Below, one piece after another: positions 7,640 to 16,799 of a DNA stretch of 24,117 bases. Numbering within the stretch: position 1 is the first letter of the stretch; every line of letters starts with the position of its first letter. Both the position numbers and the translations under genes were made by a program. The stretch covers positions 1-24,117 of the forward strand of contig JBBDJA010000016.1 in NCBI GenBank assembly GCA_040880105.1. The letters run 5' to 3'. The DNA comes from Waddliaceae bacterium (GTDB taxonomy: Bacteria; Chlamydiota; Chlamydiia; Chlamydiales; SLOH01). Under the pieces are notes generated by a model. That model was not told the origin of the DNA. It saw nothing but the letters and a program-made list of their open reading frames with translations, and ran no database searches.

Positions 7640-8989
7640 TTAAAAAATCGCCTCGACTTCACTCACATGTTTGGGATCGGTAATAATAATTACAGTGTCA
7701 CCCGGGGAGATGATACGGCTGCCATGTGCGACCATGACACGGCCTCGGCTCTCGATCATCGAAATTAACATATTTTTCGGAAATAACGGACCGAGCTCGG
7801 CAAGAGGAATCCCGGTTAGCTTAGAGCGATTGGAGACGACAACTTCAATCACCTCGGCTTTATCCGGGTACAGTGTGACAAGCGAGGAGACTGTTCCGGA
7901 CATGACTTGCGTGTTTACGTAGTTTGCAATCGTGACTCTTGGGAATATATTAAAATCGATGCCATTTTCTTTGGCAACTGTCGCAAAGCTCGGATTAGAA
8001 AGTGTGGTGATGACCTGATCGACTCCAAGCTTTTTTCCAAAAAGAGCGGAGACAAGATTTGCCTCATCGCTTTCTGTACATGCAACAAAGACATCTGCAT
8101 CGCCCACCTTCTCAGCTCGAAAATAATCGAGGTCAGTCCCGCTATGATGCAAAATGGTTGTATTGGGAAGCCGCTCCGATAGCCAGTGGCAGCGATGATA
8201 ATCCTTTTCAATAATCCGAGTGTCAACATTTCTTTCATCCAGGAGCTTGGCAAGGTTCATCGCGACTAAAGAACCGCCGATGATTACAGCTTTTTTTATG
8301 GATTTCTTTTCTATTCCCAAATAGTGATGCAGATCCATCATTATCTCTGACTCACCGATAAATGTCACCTCATCTCCCTTCTGGAGGGTATCACTTCCAC
8401 GGGGAAAAATCATACTTTGCTTTTTTCCGGTGCTGCGGGCAATCACTCCGACCATGATCCCCTTTGGAAGGTCGAGCTCTTTTAACGAGATCTCAGATTT
8501 GCGCCAAGTACTTGGGATTTTAAATGTCGTCAGCTGCACTCCCCCATGAGCAAAATAATTGATTTGAAACGTTCCAGGGGCGTCGATAAACTTCAAGATC
8601 TCATTGGAGACAAGTACTTCCGGCCCGATGAAGTGGTCGACATTAAAAATACTGCCGAAGTCCAAGCGAAGTTTGTTAAGAAATCTATTATCCCGTACGC
8701 GGGCGATCGTATTTGGATAGCCGAGATGTTTTGCGATCGAGCAGGAGACAAAATTCACTTCATCATTATTTGTGAGCGCAATTAAGTACTCAGGCGAGAG
8801 ATCAAGCAAATCATCCAGTAGCTCCCAGTCAGTGCCGGAGCCTTTCCGTACTGCGACATCGATATCCCAAGTGGCAAGCTCAAGTTTTTGGGGGTCATTA
8901 TCAATTAAAATGACATTGTGTTCGTTTTCAGACAGCGTCTTTGCCACAAATCTGCCGATGCCCCCGGCACCAATAATGATAATATTCAT
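7640..8989 (-). CDS. trkA: Trk system K+ uptake regulatory subunit (two RCK N/C pairs)
   Basis: Probable start MNIIIIGAGGIG at 8989 (ORF track starts at 9046). Motifs ALTNNDEVN, TIARVR and a second RCK (VIIGGS, TESDEANL). It abuts trkH. Confidence 0.95.
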   Translation of the reverse strand: MNIIIIGAGGIGRFVAKTLSENEHNVILIDNDPQKLELATWDIDVAVRKGSGTDWELLDDLLDLSPEYLIALTNNDEVNFVSCSIAKHLGYPNTIARVRDNRFLNKLRLDFGSIFNVDHFIGPEVLVSNEILKFIDAPGTFQINYFAHGGVQLTTFKIPSTWRKSEISLKELDLPKGIMVGVIARSTGKKQSMIFPRGSDTLQKGDEVTFIGESEIMMDLHHYLGIEKKSIKKAVIIGGSLVAMNLAKLLDERNVDTRIIEKDYHRCHWLSERLPNTTILHHSGTDLDYFRAEKVGDADVFVACTESDEANLVSALFGKKLGVDQVITTLSNPSFATVAKENGIDFNIFPRVTIANYVNTQVMSGTVSSLVTLYPDKAEVIEVVVSNRSKLTGIPLAELGPLFPKNMLISMIESRGRVMVAHGSRIISPGDTVIIITDPKHVSEVEAIF

Positions 8990-9106
8990 ATGACTGCAAT
9001 CAATTATTTTAATTGCGATCCTATCGAATCTTGAAATATAGGGCAAAAGAATGCTTCTAGTTTAAAAACTTTCTCTTTGGTAAAGTTTTGGAAAAAAGGC
9101 TTCAAA

Positions 9107-9937
9107 ATGAATAAAGAGATCCCTGTTTTTATTTTATGCGGCGGACTTGGGACGCGGATTAAAGAAGAGACGGAATTTCGACCCAAACCGATGGTGCCGA
9201 TCGGCAACTATCCGATTCTTTGGCACGTGATGCGAAGCTACCACGCCTATGGCTTTCGAAAATTTATCATCTGCGCGGGTTTTAGAGCCGAGGTCATTAA
9301 ATCCTATTTTTTGAACTACGCCGCCCACAACAGCGACTTCACGGTGAATCTCAAGAATAACCATTTAAAAGTCCATTCGATCGACCATGATGAAGATTGG
9401 GAAGTCACTGTCGCAGACACAGGGATTGAGACGATGACAGGGGCAAGACTTGCGATTGCCGCAGATAAATATTTACAAGACGCTACCCACGCCGCAGTCA
9501 CTTACGGCGATGGCCTTTGCAATGCCAATTTAAGTGCAGAGATGGAATTTCACCTCTCGCACGGAAAAATCGGCACGGTTCTAGGTGTCAATCCCCCCTC
9601 TCGATTTGGAGAGATTGTCTTAAATGGCAACGAAGTCATGCAATTTGATGAGAAACCCGAATTTAAAGACAAGTGGATCAACGGAGGGTATTTTTTCTTT
9701 GAGCGCTCATTTTTTTCTCGCTATCTTTCAGAAGACCCATCCTGTGTACTTGAAAAGGAGCCGTTAAGCCGCCTTGCTTTAGATCATCAGCTGAACCTTT
9801 TTAAGCACGCCGGCTTCTGGGCATGCATGGACACCCAGCGCGACCGCGATCAGTTAAATCATTTATGGGAAAGCGGCAATGCCCCATGGGCTCCGACGTT
9901 TCCCCCTATCAAAGAAAAGGTTATGTGTGAGCTATAG
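9107..9937 (+). CDS. rfbF: Glucose-1-phosphate cytidylyltransferase
   Basis: ILCGGLGTRIKEETEFRPKPMV, DTGIETMTGARL, TYGDG, WINGGYF, GFWACMDTQRD, APW. Probable start ATG 9107. Confidence 0.95.
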   Translation: MNKEIPVFILCGGLGTRIKEETEFRPKPMVPIGNYPILWHVMRSYHAYGFRKFIICAGFRAEVIKSYFLNYAAHNSDFTVNLKNNHLKVHSIDHDEDWEVTVADTGIETMTGARLAIAADKYLQDATHAAVTYGDGLCNANLSAEMEFHLSHGKIGTVLGVNPPSRFGEIVLNGNEVMQFDEKPEFKDKWINGGYFFFERSFFSRYLSEDPSCVLEKEPLSRLALDHQLNLFKHAGFWACMDTQRDRDQLNHLWESGNAPWAPTFPPIKEKVMCEL

Positions 9938-10958
9938 AGGAAAAACCGTTCTTGTGACCGGGCATACCGGCTTTAAAGGATCTTGGCTTTCGCTTTGGCT
10001 ACTTTCCATGGGAGCAAAAGTGGTTGGATATAGCCTCCCCCCTTCCACAAAACCTAGCCTATTTGAATTGATACAGTTAGGTGATGAGATTCTCGACATT
10101 CGAGGAGATATTCGCGATATTTCCAAGCTAGAAGAGACAATACATTCCAGCCGACCCGAGCTGATCTTTCACCTTGCGGCTCAACCGATCGTCTTAGATT
10201 CTTTCAAAAAGCCGAAAGAGACATTCGACATTAATGCCTCAGGTACTGTTAACCTTCTCGAAGCGGCAAGAAACAGTCCCTCTGTCAGAGGCGTCGTTGT
10301 CGTTACGACGGATAAATGCTACGACAATAAAGGCTCAATTTTTGGATATCGAGAGCATGATCATCTGGGGGGATCCGATCCCTATAGCGCAAGTAAAGCG
10401 ATGGCAGAACTTGCGGCCGGCGCCTATAGAAGTAGCTTTAAAACGCCCCTTATTGCAACCGCAAGAGCCGGAAATGTGATCGGCGGAGGAGACTATTCAC
10501 CCTATAGACTCCTTCCCGACTCTGTGAAGGCGCTCATAAAAAAAGAGCCGATTGAGGTTCGCAACCCAAAAAGCGTGCGCCCTTGGCTGCACGTTCTGGA
10601 CTCTCTTAGCGGCTATTTAACGCTTGGAAAGAGACTGCTTGCCGATGACGCTTTTTACGCCCAGCCCTGGAACTTCGGACCGAAAGAGCAAGTGGGCATC
10701 ACAACTGCTCAAGTCGTTGAAAAAACGATAGAAAAATGGGGAGAGGGCAGATGGGTCGATACCGGCTCAACCTCTGCACCCAAAGAGATGCCTACTTTAA
10801 AATTAAATTGGGAAAAGGCGGCCCACTATCTACGCTGGGAGCCTAAATACTCTTGGGAAGAGGCTGTTGAAAAAACGGTCTCATGGTATAAAGCCATCTA
10901 CGAAGATAAAAGCGCGCAAGAGACGTGTTTAAACCAGATAAAAGAATATGAAATTTGA
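9927..10958 (+). CDS. rfbG: CDP-glucose 4,6-dehydratase
   Basis: VTGHTGFKGSWL, FHLAAQP, TTDKCY, LGGSDPYSASKA, ARAGNVIGGGD, RPWLHVLD, WNFGP. Probable GTG start at 9927 overlapping the rfbF end. Confidence 0.95.
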   Translation: MSYRGKTVLVTGHTGFKGSWLSLWLLSMGAKVVGYSLPPSTKPSLFELIQLGDEILDIRGDIRDISKLEETIHSSRPELIFHLAAQPIVLDSFKKPKETFDINASGTVNLLEAARNSPSVRGVVVVTTDKCYDNKGSIFGYREHDHLGGSDPYSASKAMAELAAGAYRSSFKTPLIATARAGNVIGGGDYSPYRLLPDSVKALIKKEPIEVRNPKSVRPWLHVLDSLSGYLTLGKRLLADDAFYAQPWNFGPKEQVGITTAQVVEKTIEKWGEGRWVDTGSTSAPKEMPTLKLNWEKAAHYLRWEPKYSWEEAVEKTVSWYKAIYEDKSAQETCLNQIKEYEI

Positions 10959-11475
10959 AAAAGCCCCCTTGGAAGGCGCATTTTTAATCGATCTCGACAC
11001 ACACGGCGATGAACGCGGCTTTTTTGCGCGACTTTTTTGCAGAGAGGAGTTTGCCAAACGCGGCCTTAAATCCGAAGTCTTCCAGGCAAACGACTCGTAC
11101 AGCGCAAAAAAAGGCACCCTTAGAGGCATGCACTACCAGATCCCCCCGTTTGCCGAAACAAAACTTGTCAGGTGCATCGCCGGTGAAATTTACGATGTGA
11201 TCATCGATATCAGACCGGATTCAGCAACCTACAAGCAAAGCTTTGGTGCGAAGCTCACTCAAGAAAACCGCCGCATGATGTTTGTGCCGGAAGGGTTTGC
11301 GCACGGATTTTTAACTCTGACAGATCACTCTGAGGTGATCTATCTTGTTACCGCCCCCTACTCTAAAGAGCATGAGCGAGGCATTCGATGGAACGATCCA
11401 AGCTTTTCTATTCAGTGGCCGGAGCTTCCGCTCATTGTCTCTGAAAAAGACCAAAACCACCCCGATTTTCTATGA
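10948..11475 (+). CDS. rfbC: RmlC-family NDP-4-keto-6-deoxyhexose (3,5-)epimerase
   Basis: DERGFF, GTLRGMHYQ, KLVRC, DIRPDS, VPEGFAHGF, GIRWNDP, SEKD. Context suggests a CDP-linked substrate. Confidence 0.9.
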   Translation: MKFEKAPLEGAFLIDLDTHGDERGFFARLFCREEFAKRGLKSEVFQANDSYSAKKGTLRGMHYQIPPFAETKLVRCIAGEIYDVIIDIRPDSATYKQSFGAKLTQENRRMMFVPEGFAHGFLTLTDHSEVIYLVTAPYSKEHERGIRWNDPSFSIQWPELPLIVSEKDQNHPDFL

Positions 11476-12377
11476 AGATTCTATTTACCGGCGCAAGTTC
11501 TTTTACCGGGATGTGGTTTGTCAAGGCGCTTAAGGCAGCGGGTCATACAGTCACCGCCACTTTCCGAAGAAGAGAGTACTCCGGCATGCGGCAAGAGCGG
11601 ATTGCGATTGTCAAAGAGCACTGCGATCCGATCTGGGAGTGCGCATTTGGTGATGAGAAATTTATCGACCTTTTAAAAACCGGCTCTTTTGATCTCTTAT
11701 GCCACCATGGCGCCGATGTTGAAAATTACCGCAGCCCTGACTTTGACTACTTAAAAGCGGCACAAAATAATACACACAATATCAAAAAAGTCCTGGAAAC
11801 CGGTATTCAAAGGGTGCTTCTCACAGGGTCTGTTTTTGAGCCGGAAGAGGGAACGGGCTCTGCATGCGCAGTCTCTCCTTACGGCCTTTCAAAGGGAATC
11901 ACCTGCGAAATCTTTCGCTATTGGTGCCACATACTGGATATTCAACTAGGGAAATTTGTCATCCCAAACCCCTACGGCCCCTTTGAAGAGGATCGATTTT
12001 CTACCTATCTTGCCAAGACTTGGCTAAAACATGCAGTTGCCGAAGTGAAAACCCCGGAATACATTCGAGACAACATCCACGTCGAACTGCTTGCAAAAGG
12101 GTATGCGCTCTTTGCGTGGGAAATGGCGCATACAACAAAAAAATTCGTTAAAAAAAATCCGAGCGGCGCACGTGGCACTCAAGGAGAATTTACGCAAAAG
12201 CTCTCTCAAGAGTTTTCAAAACGGTGGGGTCTACCCTGCCACTTTACCCTATGTAAACAAACTCACTTCTTTGAGCCCCTCAAAAGAACCAATACCCATC
12301 CATTAGATATCGACTGGAATGAAGCCAAGTCTTTTGATGAGCTTGCAACCTTTTACCAAAAGCGCTATGGAAACTGA
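11472..12377 (+). CDS. Extended SDR, probable NDP-4-keto-6-deoxyhexose reductase
   Basis: TGASSFTG dinucleotide loop, TGSVFE, catalytic YGLSK, PNPYGP, RDNIHV. ATGA-coupled to rfbC. Confidence 0.8.
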   Translation: MKILFTGASSFTGMWFVKALKAAGHTVTATFRRREYSGMRQERIAIVKEHCDPIWECAFGDEKFIDLLKTGSFDLLCHHGADVENYRSPDFDYLKAAQNNTHNIKKVLETGIQRVLLTGSVFEPEEGTGSACAVSPYGLSKGITCEIFRYWCHILDIQLGKFVIPNPYGPFEEDRFSTYLAKTWLKHAVAEVKTPEYIRDNIHVELLAKGYALFAWEMAHTTKKFVKKNPSGARGTQGEFTQKLSQEFSKRWGLPCHFTLCKQTHFFEPLKRTNTHPLDIDWNEAKSFDELATFYQKRYGN

Positions 12378-13272
12378 AGTCGGCGTTGCCGTGATCACCC
12401 ACTTTGCCAAAGAGCACCTTCCGCACTGCCTGCCGCCTCTTCTCAACTCAAAACTCCGCCCACGCGTGCTTGTGGTTAACTCCTCTTCTCAAGATGGAAC
12501 AGTTGAGTGTGCCCTAGAACTTGGCGCAGAGGTCATGGTGATCCCCAGACGAGAATTTAACCACGGCACCACACGGGAATGGGCGCGAAAAAAATTAAAT
12601 ACAAAAATTGTCGCTATGGTGACCCCTGATGCCTACGCAGCTGATGATATGCTCGAAAAGCTCGTCTTGCCGATCCAAAAGAAACAGGCAAGTCTTGCCT
12701 ACGCAAGGCAGATCCCCCACGATGGCGCCGATTTTTTTGAGCGATTTCCAAGAGAATACAACTACCCGAAAGAGAGCCATATCCGCTCAATTGAAGACGC
12801 GGGCAAATGGGGCGCCTATACGAATTTCTGTTCTAATTCCGCCTCTGCCTACCTAAACGCAGCTCTTGATGAGATTGGGGGGTTCCCACACCTGCTTCTT
12901 GGAGAAGACGCCTACGCGTGCGCCCGCCTTCTCTTAGCCGGAAAGTCTGTTGCCTATGTGGCAGATGCCGTTGTCAAACACTCGCACACCTACACTCTCA
13001 AGCAAGAGTTTCAAAGGGCATTTGATACCGGACTGGGAAGAAAAGAGCTGCAAAGCGTGCTAAAATACGCCGGCAAAGACATCAAGCGCGGCCAGCAATA
13101 TACTAAATCCCTCATGCAGGCGCTTTGGAAAGAAAATCCAAGTCAAATTCCCTACGCTCTTTTACAAACAAGTGTCAAGGCGCTTGGCTATTTGATCGGC
13201 CGTAGATCGACACGTGCGCCGACAAAATTTAAGAAGCTCTGCACCAGCCAAGATTTTTTCTTCTCTTCATAG
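12367..13272 (+). CDS. GT2 glycosyltransferase (rhamnosyltransferase/6-deoxyhexosyltransferase-like)
   Basis: NSSSQDGT, FNHGTTR, TPDA, AYARQIP, SNSASAY, GGFP, GED, VKHSHTY. Probable start ATG 12367. Confidence 0.9.
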   Translation: METEVGVAVITHFAKEHLPHCLPPLLNSKLRPRVLVVNSSSQDGTVECALELGAEVMVIPRREFNHGTTREWARKKLNTKIVAMVTPDAYAADDMLEKLVLPIQKKQASLAYARQIPHDGADFFERFPREYNYPKESHIRSIEDAGKWGAYTNFCSNSASAYLNAALDEIGGFPHLLLGEDAYACARLLLAGKSVAYVADAVVKHSHTYTLKQEFQRAFDTGLGRKELQSVLKYAGKDIKRGQQYTKSLMQALWKENPSQIPYALLQTSVKALGYLIGRRSTRAPTKFKKLCTSQDFFFSS

Positions 13273-14124
13273 ATCGCATTTTTTTTCCGCAACTGCAATT
13301 CCGTATTTCCAAATCCGCCTTTTCAGCGTCAAATGTTGATAAAATGCGCTCATGATGTTGTCTGTCTGCGCACTTTTACGCAAATTCAAAAACTCGCCTA
13401 TCTTGGAAAAACAAAGGATTGGGATCGACAAATAAAAAAGGCGCCTTGAGGACGGCATGATATTTTTTGTCACATCTTGAAAAGTTGTATCTGTAAATCC
13501 ATTTGTCTTCAGGCCCAAGAGGAATTCCGAGACAGGAGGGAGAGATCCCACTTTCCAGCCGGAAAGCCATCGATTCAAATCTCTATTCTCTTTTGACTTA
13601 AGGGTGCGGTCGGCAAGGAACCCATCGGCAATCACAAGGCGCCCCTTTGGCTTGAGTATTCGGTGCGCCTCTTTGAGAAAATCTGTGAAATTCTCTGCAT
13701 GGCAAACGCTTTCAATTGCCCAGACCACATCAAAACTTTGATCGGGAAAATCAGTATGGCAAAAATCCATCACCTTAAATTCCGTTTGGTCGCAGACGCC
13801 GTGTCCGGCTGCAAATTGTTTTGCTTTTTCGACCTGATGCGAGGATAACGTAATACCGGTCACGCGGCAATTATATCTCTTTGCAAGATAAATACTGCTT
13901 CCACCCACCCCGCATCCGGCATCGAGCACGTGATCGTTCGAGGTCACTTTCGCAAGTTCGGAAAGAATCTGATTTTCTCGATTTAAAGCCTCGGGAAGTG
14001 TGCGCGTTGTATGATCCCAAAATCCCGCATGCATCGCCATGCTGTCCCCAAGATTCCAAAACCATTTATAATCGCTTTCACAACTATTGTAATAATCGAC
14101 AATCTCTTTTTGTGTGTATGCCAT
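13267..14124 (-). CDS. Class I SAM-dependent methyltransferase (gamma-tocopherol MT/RebM-like)
   Basis: IVDYY, MHAGFWD, VLDAGCGVGGS, VTGITLS, FDVVWAIES, RILKPKGRLVIAD. Confidence 0.9.
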   Translation of the reverse strand: MAYTQKEIVDYYNSCESDYKWFWNLGDSMAMHAGFWDHTTRTLPEALNRENQILSELAKVTSNDHVLDAGCGVGGSSIYLAKRYNCRVTGITLSSHQVEKAKQFAAGHGVCDQTEFKVMDFCHTDFPDQSFDVVWAIESVCHAENFTDFLKEAHRILKPKGRLVIADGFLADRTLKSKENRDLNRWLSGWKVGSLPPVSEFLLGLKTNGFTDTTFQDVTKNIMPSSRRLFYLSIPILCFSKIGEFLNLRKSAQTDNIMSAFYQHLTLKRRIWKYGIAVAEKKCDL

Positions 14125-14149
14125 AGTCGTATAAGGATCGTTTATTTGG

Positions 14150-14180
14150 ATGATATATACAAGAAATTATGAATTGTCAA
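14150..14180 (-). promoter_or_regulatory. Candidate sigma70-type promoter for the methyltransferase
   Basis: Minus-strand TTGACA (14180-14175), followed by TATATC at 17 nt or TATCAT at 19 nt. Confidence 0.35.
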
Positions 14181-14235
14181 TTTTCATCAAAATCAGGTAA
14201 ACTTTTCAAAAGTAATAATAAGGAATATACATATT

Positions 14236-15417
14236 ATGGGACACTTTCTATTTACCTCCGAATCTGTAGCAATTGGGCACCCCGATAAAATTGCCGACCA
14301 AATTTCCGATGCCATTTTGGATGCGTGCTTAGAACAAGACCCCGACTCTAAAGTCGCATGCGAAACAATGGTCAGCTCCGGACTTGTCATATTAGCCGGA
14401 GAGATTACAACGCAAGCAAGAATCAACTACCAAGAAATTGCAAGAGAGACCATCCACAAAATCGGCTATGACGACAGCTCTCTTGGATTTGACTTTCGGT
14501 CGTGCGGGGTGATTATCGCCATCAATAAGCAGTCTCCGGACATTGCTCAAGGAGTAGAAGAAGGTGTCGGACGATTTAAAGAGCAAGGCGCCGGTGACCA
14601 AGGGATCATGTTCGGTTACGCATCGGACGAGACCGTTGAGTTGATGCCAATGCCAATTATGATGTCGCACAGAATCGTACGGGAACTCTACCACTTAAGA
14701 ATTTCAGGCAAACTTCCCTACCTAAGACCGGACGCAAAGGCGCAAGTCACCGTTGAGTACGACGAGAACCACATTCCAACTCGCATTCACACAGTCGTTA
14801 TCTCCACTCAGCACAGCATGGACATTGACAATGAGACCATTGAAAGAGATATGAAGGCGCTGATCCATGAACTTTTCCCGAAAAAAATGCTCGATGAGAA
14901 CACTCTATACTACATTAATCCGACCGGACGTTTTGTGGTCGGTGGACCAGTAGCCGACTGCGGCCTGACAGGACGCAAAATCATTGTCGACACCTACGGT
15001 GGGATGGGACGCCACGGCGGAGGCGCCTTCTCCGGTAAAGACCCCTCAAAAGTCGATCGCTCCGCTTGCTACGCCGCTCGCTATGTCGCAAAGAACATCG
15101 TCGCCGCAAAGCTTGCTAAACGGTGCGAAGTGCAACTTAGCTACGCCATTGGTGTTGCCAATCCGCTCTCCATTAAAATCGATACATTCGGAACAGCGAC
15201 CACAAATGAAGAGCTTCTTTCAAAAGCAATTCACCAAATTTTTGATTTATCACCAAAAGGCATTATTGAAATGCTAGATTTGAAGCGTCCGATTTATCAG
15301 AAAACAGCTTTTGGAGGACATTTTGGCCGTGAAGATGAGGAATTCCCTTGGGAAAACACCGATAAGGTCGATGAACTTCTTGATGCGATTAAAAAACTAT
15401 CGTTTTCATTATCGTGA
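14236..15417 (+). CDS. metK: S-adenosylmethionine synthetase
   Basis: [60 protein letters not shown]. Confidence 0.99.
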   Translation: MGHFLFTSESVAIGHPDKIADQISDAILDACLEQDPDSKVACETMVSSGLVILAGEITTQARINYQEIARETIHKIGYDDSSLGFDFRSCGVIIAINKQSPDIAQGVEEGVGRFKEQGAGDQGIMFGYASDETVELMPMPIMMSHRIVRELYHLRISGKLPYLRPDAKAQVTVEYDENHIPTRIHTVVISTQHSMDIDNETIERDMKALIHELFPKKMLDENTLYYINPTGRFVVGGPVADCGLTGRKIIVDTYGGMGRHGGGAFSGKDPSKVDRSACYAARYVAKNIVAAKLAKRCEVQLSYAIGVANPLSIKIDTFGTATTNEELLSKAIHQIFDLSPKGIIEMLDLKRPIYQKTAFGGHFGREDEEFPWENTDKVDELLDAIKKLSFSLS

Positions 15418-16382
15418 AAGAGCTGTTGCAAGAACTCCTACTCACTAAGCAAAAATTTCTCAATCAATTTTTTGCTGACTTTCCCCTCGAAAAATTAGAG
15501 GAGGCGCTCTCCATTCTTCTGAAGTGTGAAGGCATGGTCATTTTCACGGGAGTCGGAAAAAGCGGGCTTGTCGGAAAAAAAATCGCCCAATCGATGACAT
15601 CGACAGGAACGCGCGCCTTTTTCCTCTCGCCCACCGACGCCCTTCATGGTGATATCGGCATTGTGAAAGAGGGAGATGTCTTTGTCATCTTGAGTAAAAG
15701 CGGAGAGACAGCAGAACTTTTGAACCTAATCCCCTACCTTCGAAGCCGCAATGTCACAATCATCGCTTTTCTCTCCAAGCCAAACAGTCGTCTGGCTAAA
15801 GCTGTCGACTGCGCGCTATATCTGCCCCTAGAAAGAGAGCTTTGCCCCTATGACATGGCGCCGACAACATCGACAACAATCCAGACAATTGTCGGCGACA
15901 TCTTAACAGTCGCCCTTATGCGTCAAAAAGGTGTCACACTTGATCAATATGCACTCTCCCATCCCGCCGGAAACATTGGAAAAAAGGCAACCCTCTCCGT
16001 CAACGACCTCATGGTCAAAGGCGATCGCGTTCCCATTTGTTCTAAAGACGACCGCATCATTGAAACCTTAGTCGAACTCTCCAGTAAGCAGTGCGGCTGT
16101 CTACTTGTGGTTTCCCCCGAAAATGTTCTACAGGGAATTTTTACAGACGGAGACCTCCGACGCTCACTGCTAAAACATGGGCCGCAGGCTCTTGAAAAAC
16201 CTGTCGAAGAGTTAATGACGAAAGGCCCGCGCACGATTTCTGAAAACAGCCTCGCTCGCGATGCGATTCGCAAGATGGAAGAAAATCAAAAATGCGCAAT
16301 TACCGTCATGCCGGTTGTGAATGCAGAGAAAAAACTCACCGGACTAATCAAGCTCCACGACATCTTGCAGGCAGGAATTTAG
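15414..16382 (+). CDS. kdsD: Arabinose-5-phosphate isomerase (KpsF/GutQ family, SIS + 2 CBS)
   Basis: [51 protein letters not shown] overlap with the metK stop. Confidence 0.93.
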   Translation: MKELLQELLLTKQKFLNQFFADFPLEKLEEALSILLKCEGMVIFTGVGKSGLVGKKIAQSMTSTGTRAFFLSPTDALHGDIGIVKEGDVFVILSKSGETAELLNLIPYLRSRNVTIIAFLSKPNSRLAKAVDCALYLPLERELCPYDMAPTTSTTIQTIVGDILTVALMRQKGVTLDQYALSHPAGNIGKKATLSVNDLMVKGDRVPICSKDDRIIETLVELSSKQCGCLLVVSPENVLQGIFTDGDLRRSLLKHGPQALEKPVEELMTKGPRTISENSLARDAIRKMEENQKCAITVMPVVNAEKKLTGLIKLHDILQAGI

Positions 16383-16799
16383 GCGCTGAAAGCTTCTTTC
16401 TGAGAAGTACGGAAAGATCAACTTCCCCTTTTTTGCTTCGACCAAGATACTCTCATCTTCGTAAGAGATTTTGTGAATATCGGACACCGGAAGCAAAATC
16501 TTTTTTCTTCCCGAAGCATAAAAGAGCGTCTTCTCCCCCTTATCTTCAACTAAAGTGATCACCGACGGCTTTACCTCAAGCGCAGTAATTTTACGATACG
16601 GCACCATTCCAACGCCCATCAATAGCGCACCGATCATAAAATGAAAAAAATTATGGCCGAAAATCCAAAAAAGCGCGCCAATCGCAGCTAGGAAAACGCC
16701 CCGTTTCAAAATTTTCTTCTTAGTAGAATGTGTAATTGTGCTAAAAAGTTGTATACGATCCATCATATTTGATACGATGCCCGATATGTCAATATTCAT
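16344..16799 (-). CDS. Hypothetical membrane protein (2 TM helices)
   Basis: Fills the gap between kdsD and the permease and has two hydrophobic segments. The true start may be the downstream MM near 16763. Its 3' end overlaps kdsD by 39 nt. Confidence 0.6.
   Translation of the reverse strand: MNIDISGIVSNMMDRIQLFSTITHSTKKKILKRGVFLAAIGALFWIFGHNFFHFMIGALLMGVGMVPYRKITALEVKPSVITLVEDKGEKTLFYASGRKKILLPVSDIHKISYEDESILVEAKKGKLIFPYFSERSFQRLNSCLQDVVELD

Noticed and set aside
9107..12377. Standard dTDP-L-rhamnose (rmlABCD) or 3,6-dideoxyhexose operon
   Set aside because: The first two enzymes carry CDP-pathway signatures (RfbF/RfbG), not RmlA/RmlB, and ddhC/ddhD are absent from the window.
14125..14235. 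SAM riboswitch upstream of metK
   Set aside because: The region is 111 bp, very AT-rich and shared with a divergent promoter, with no recognisable SAM-I/II core or stems.
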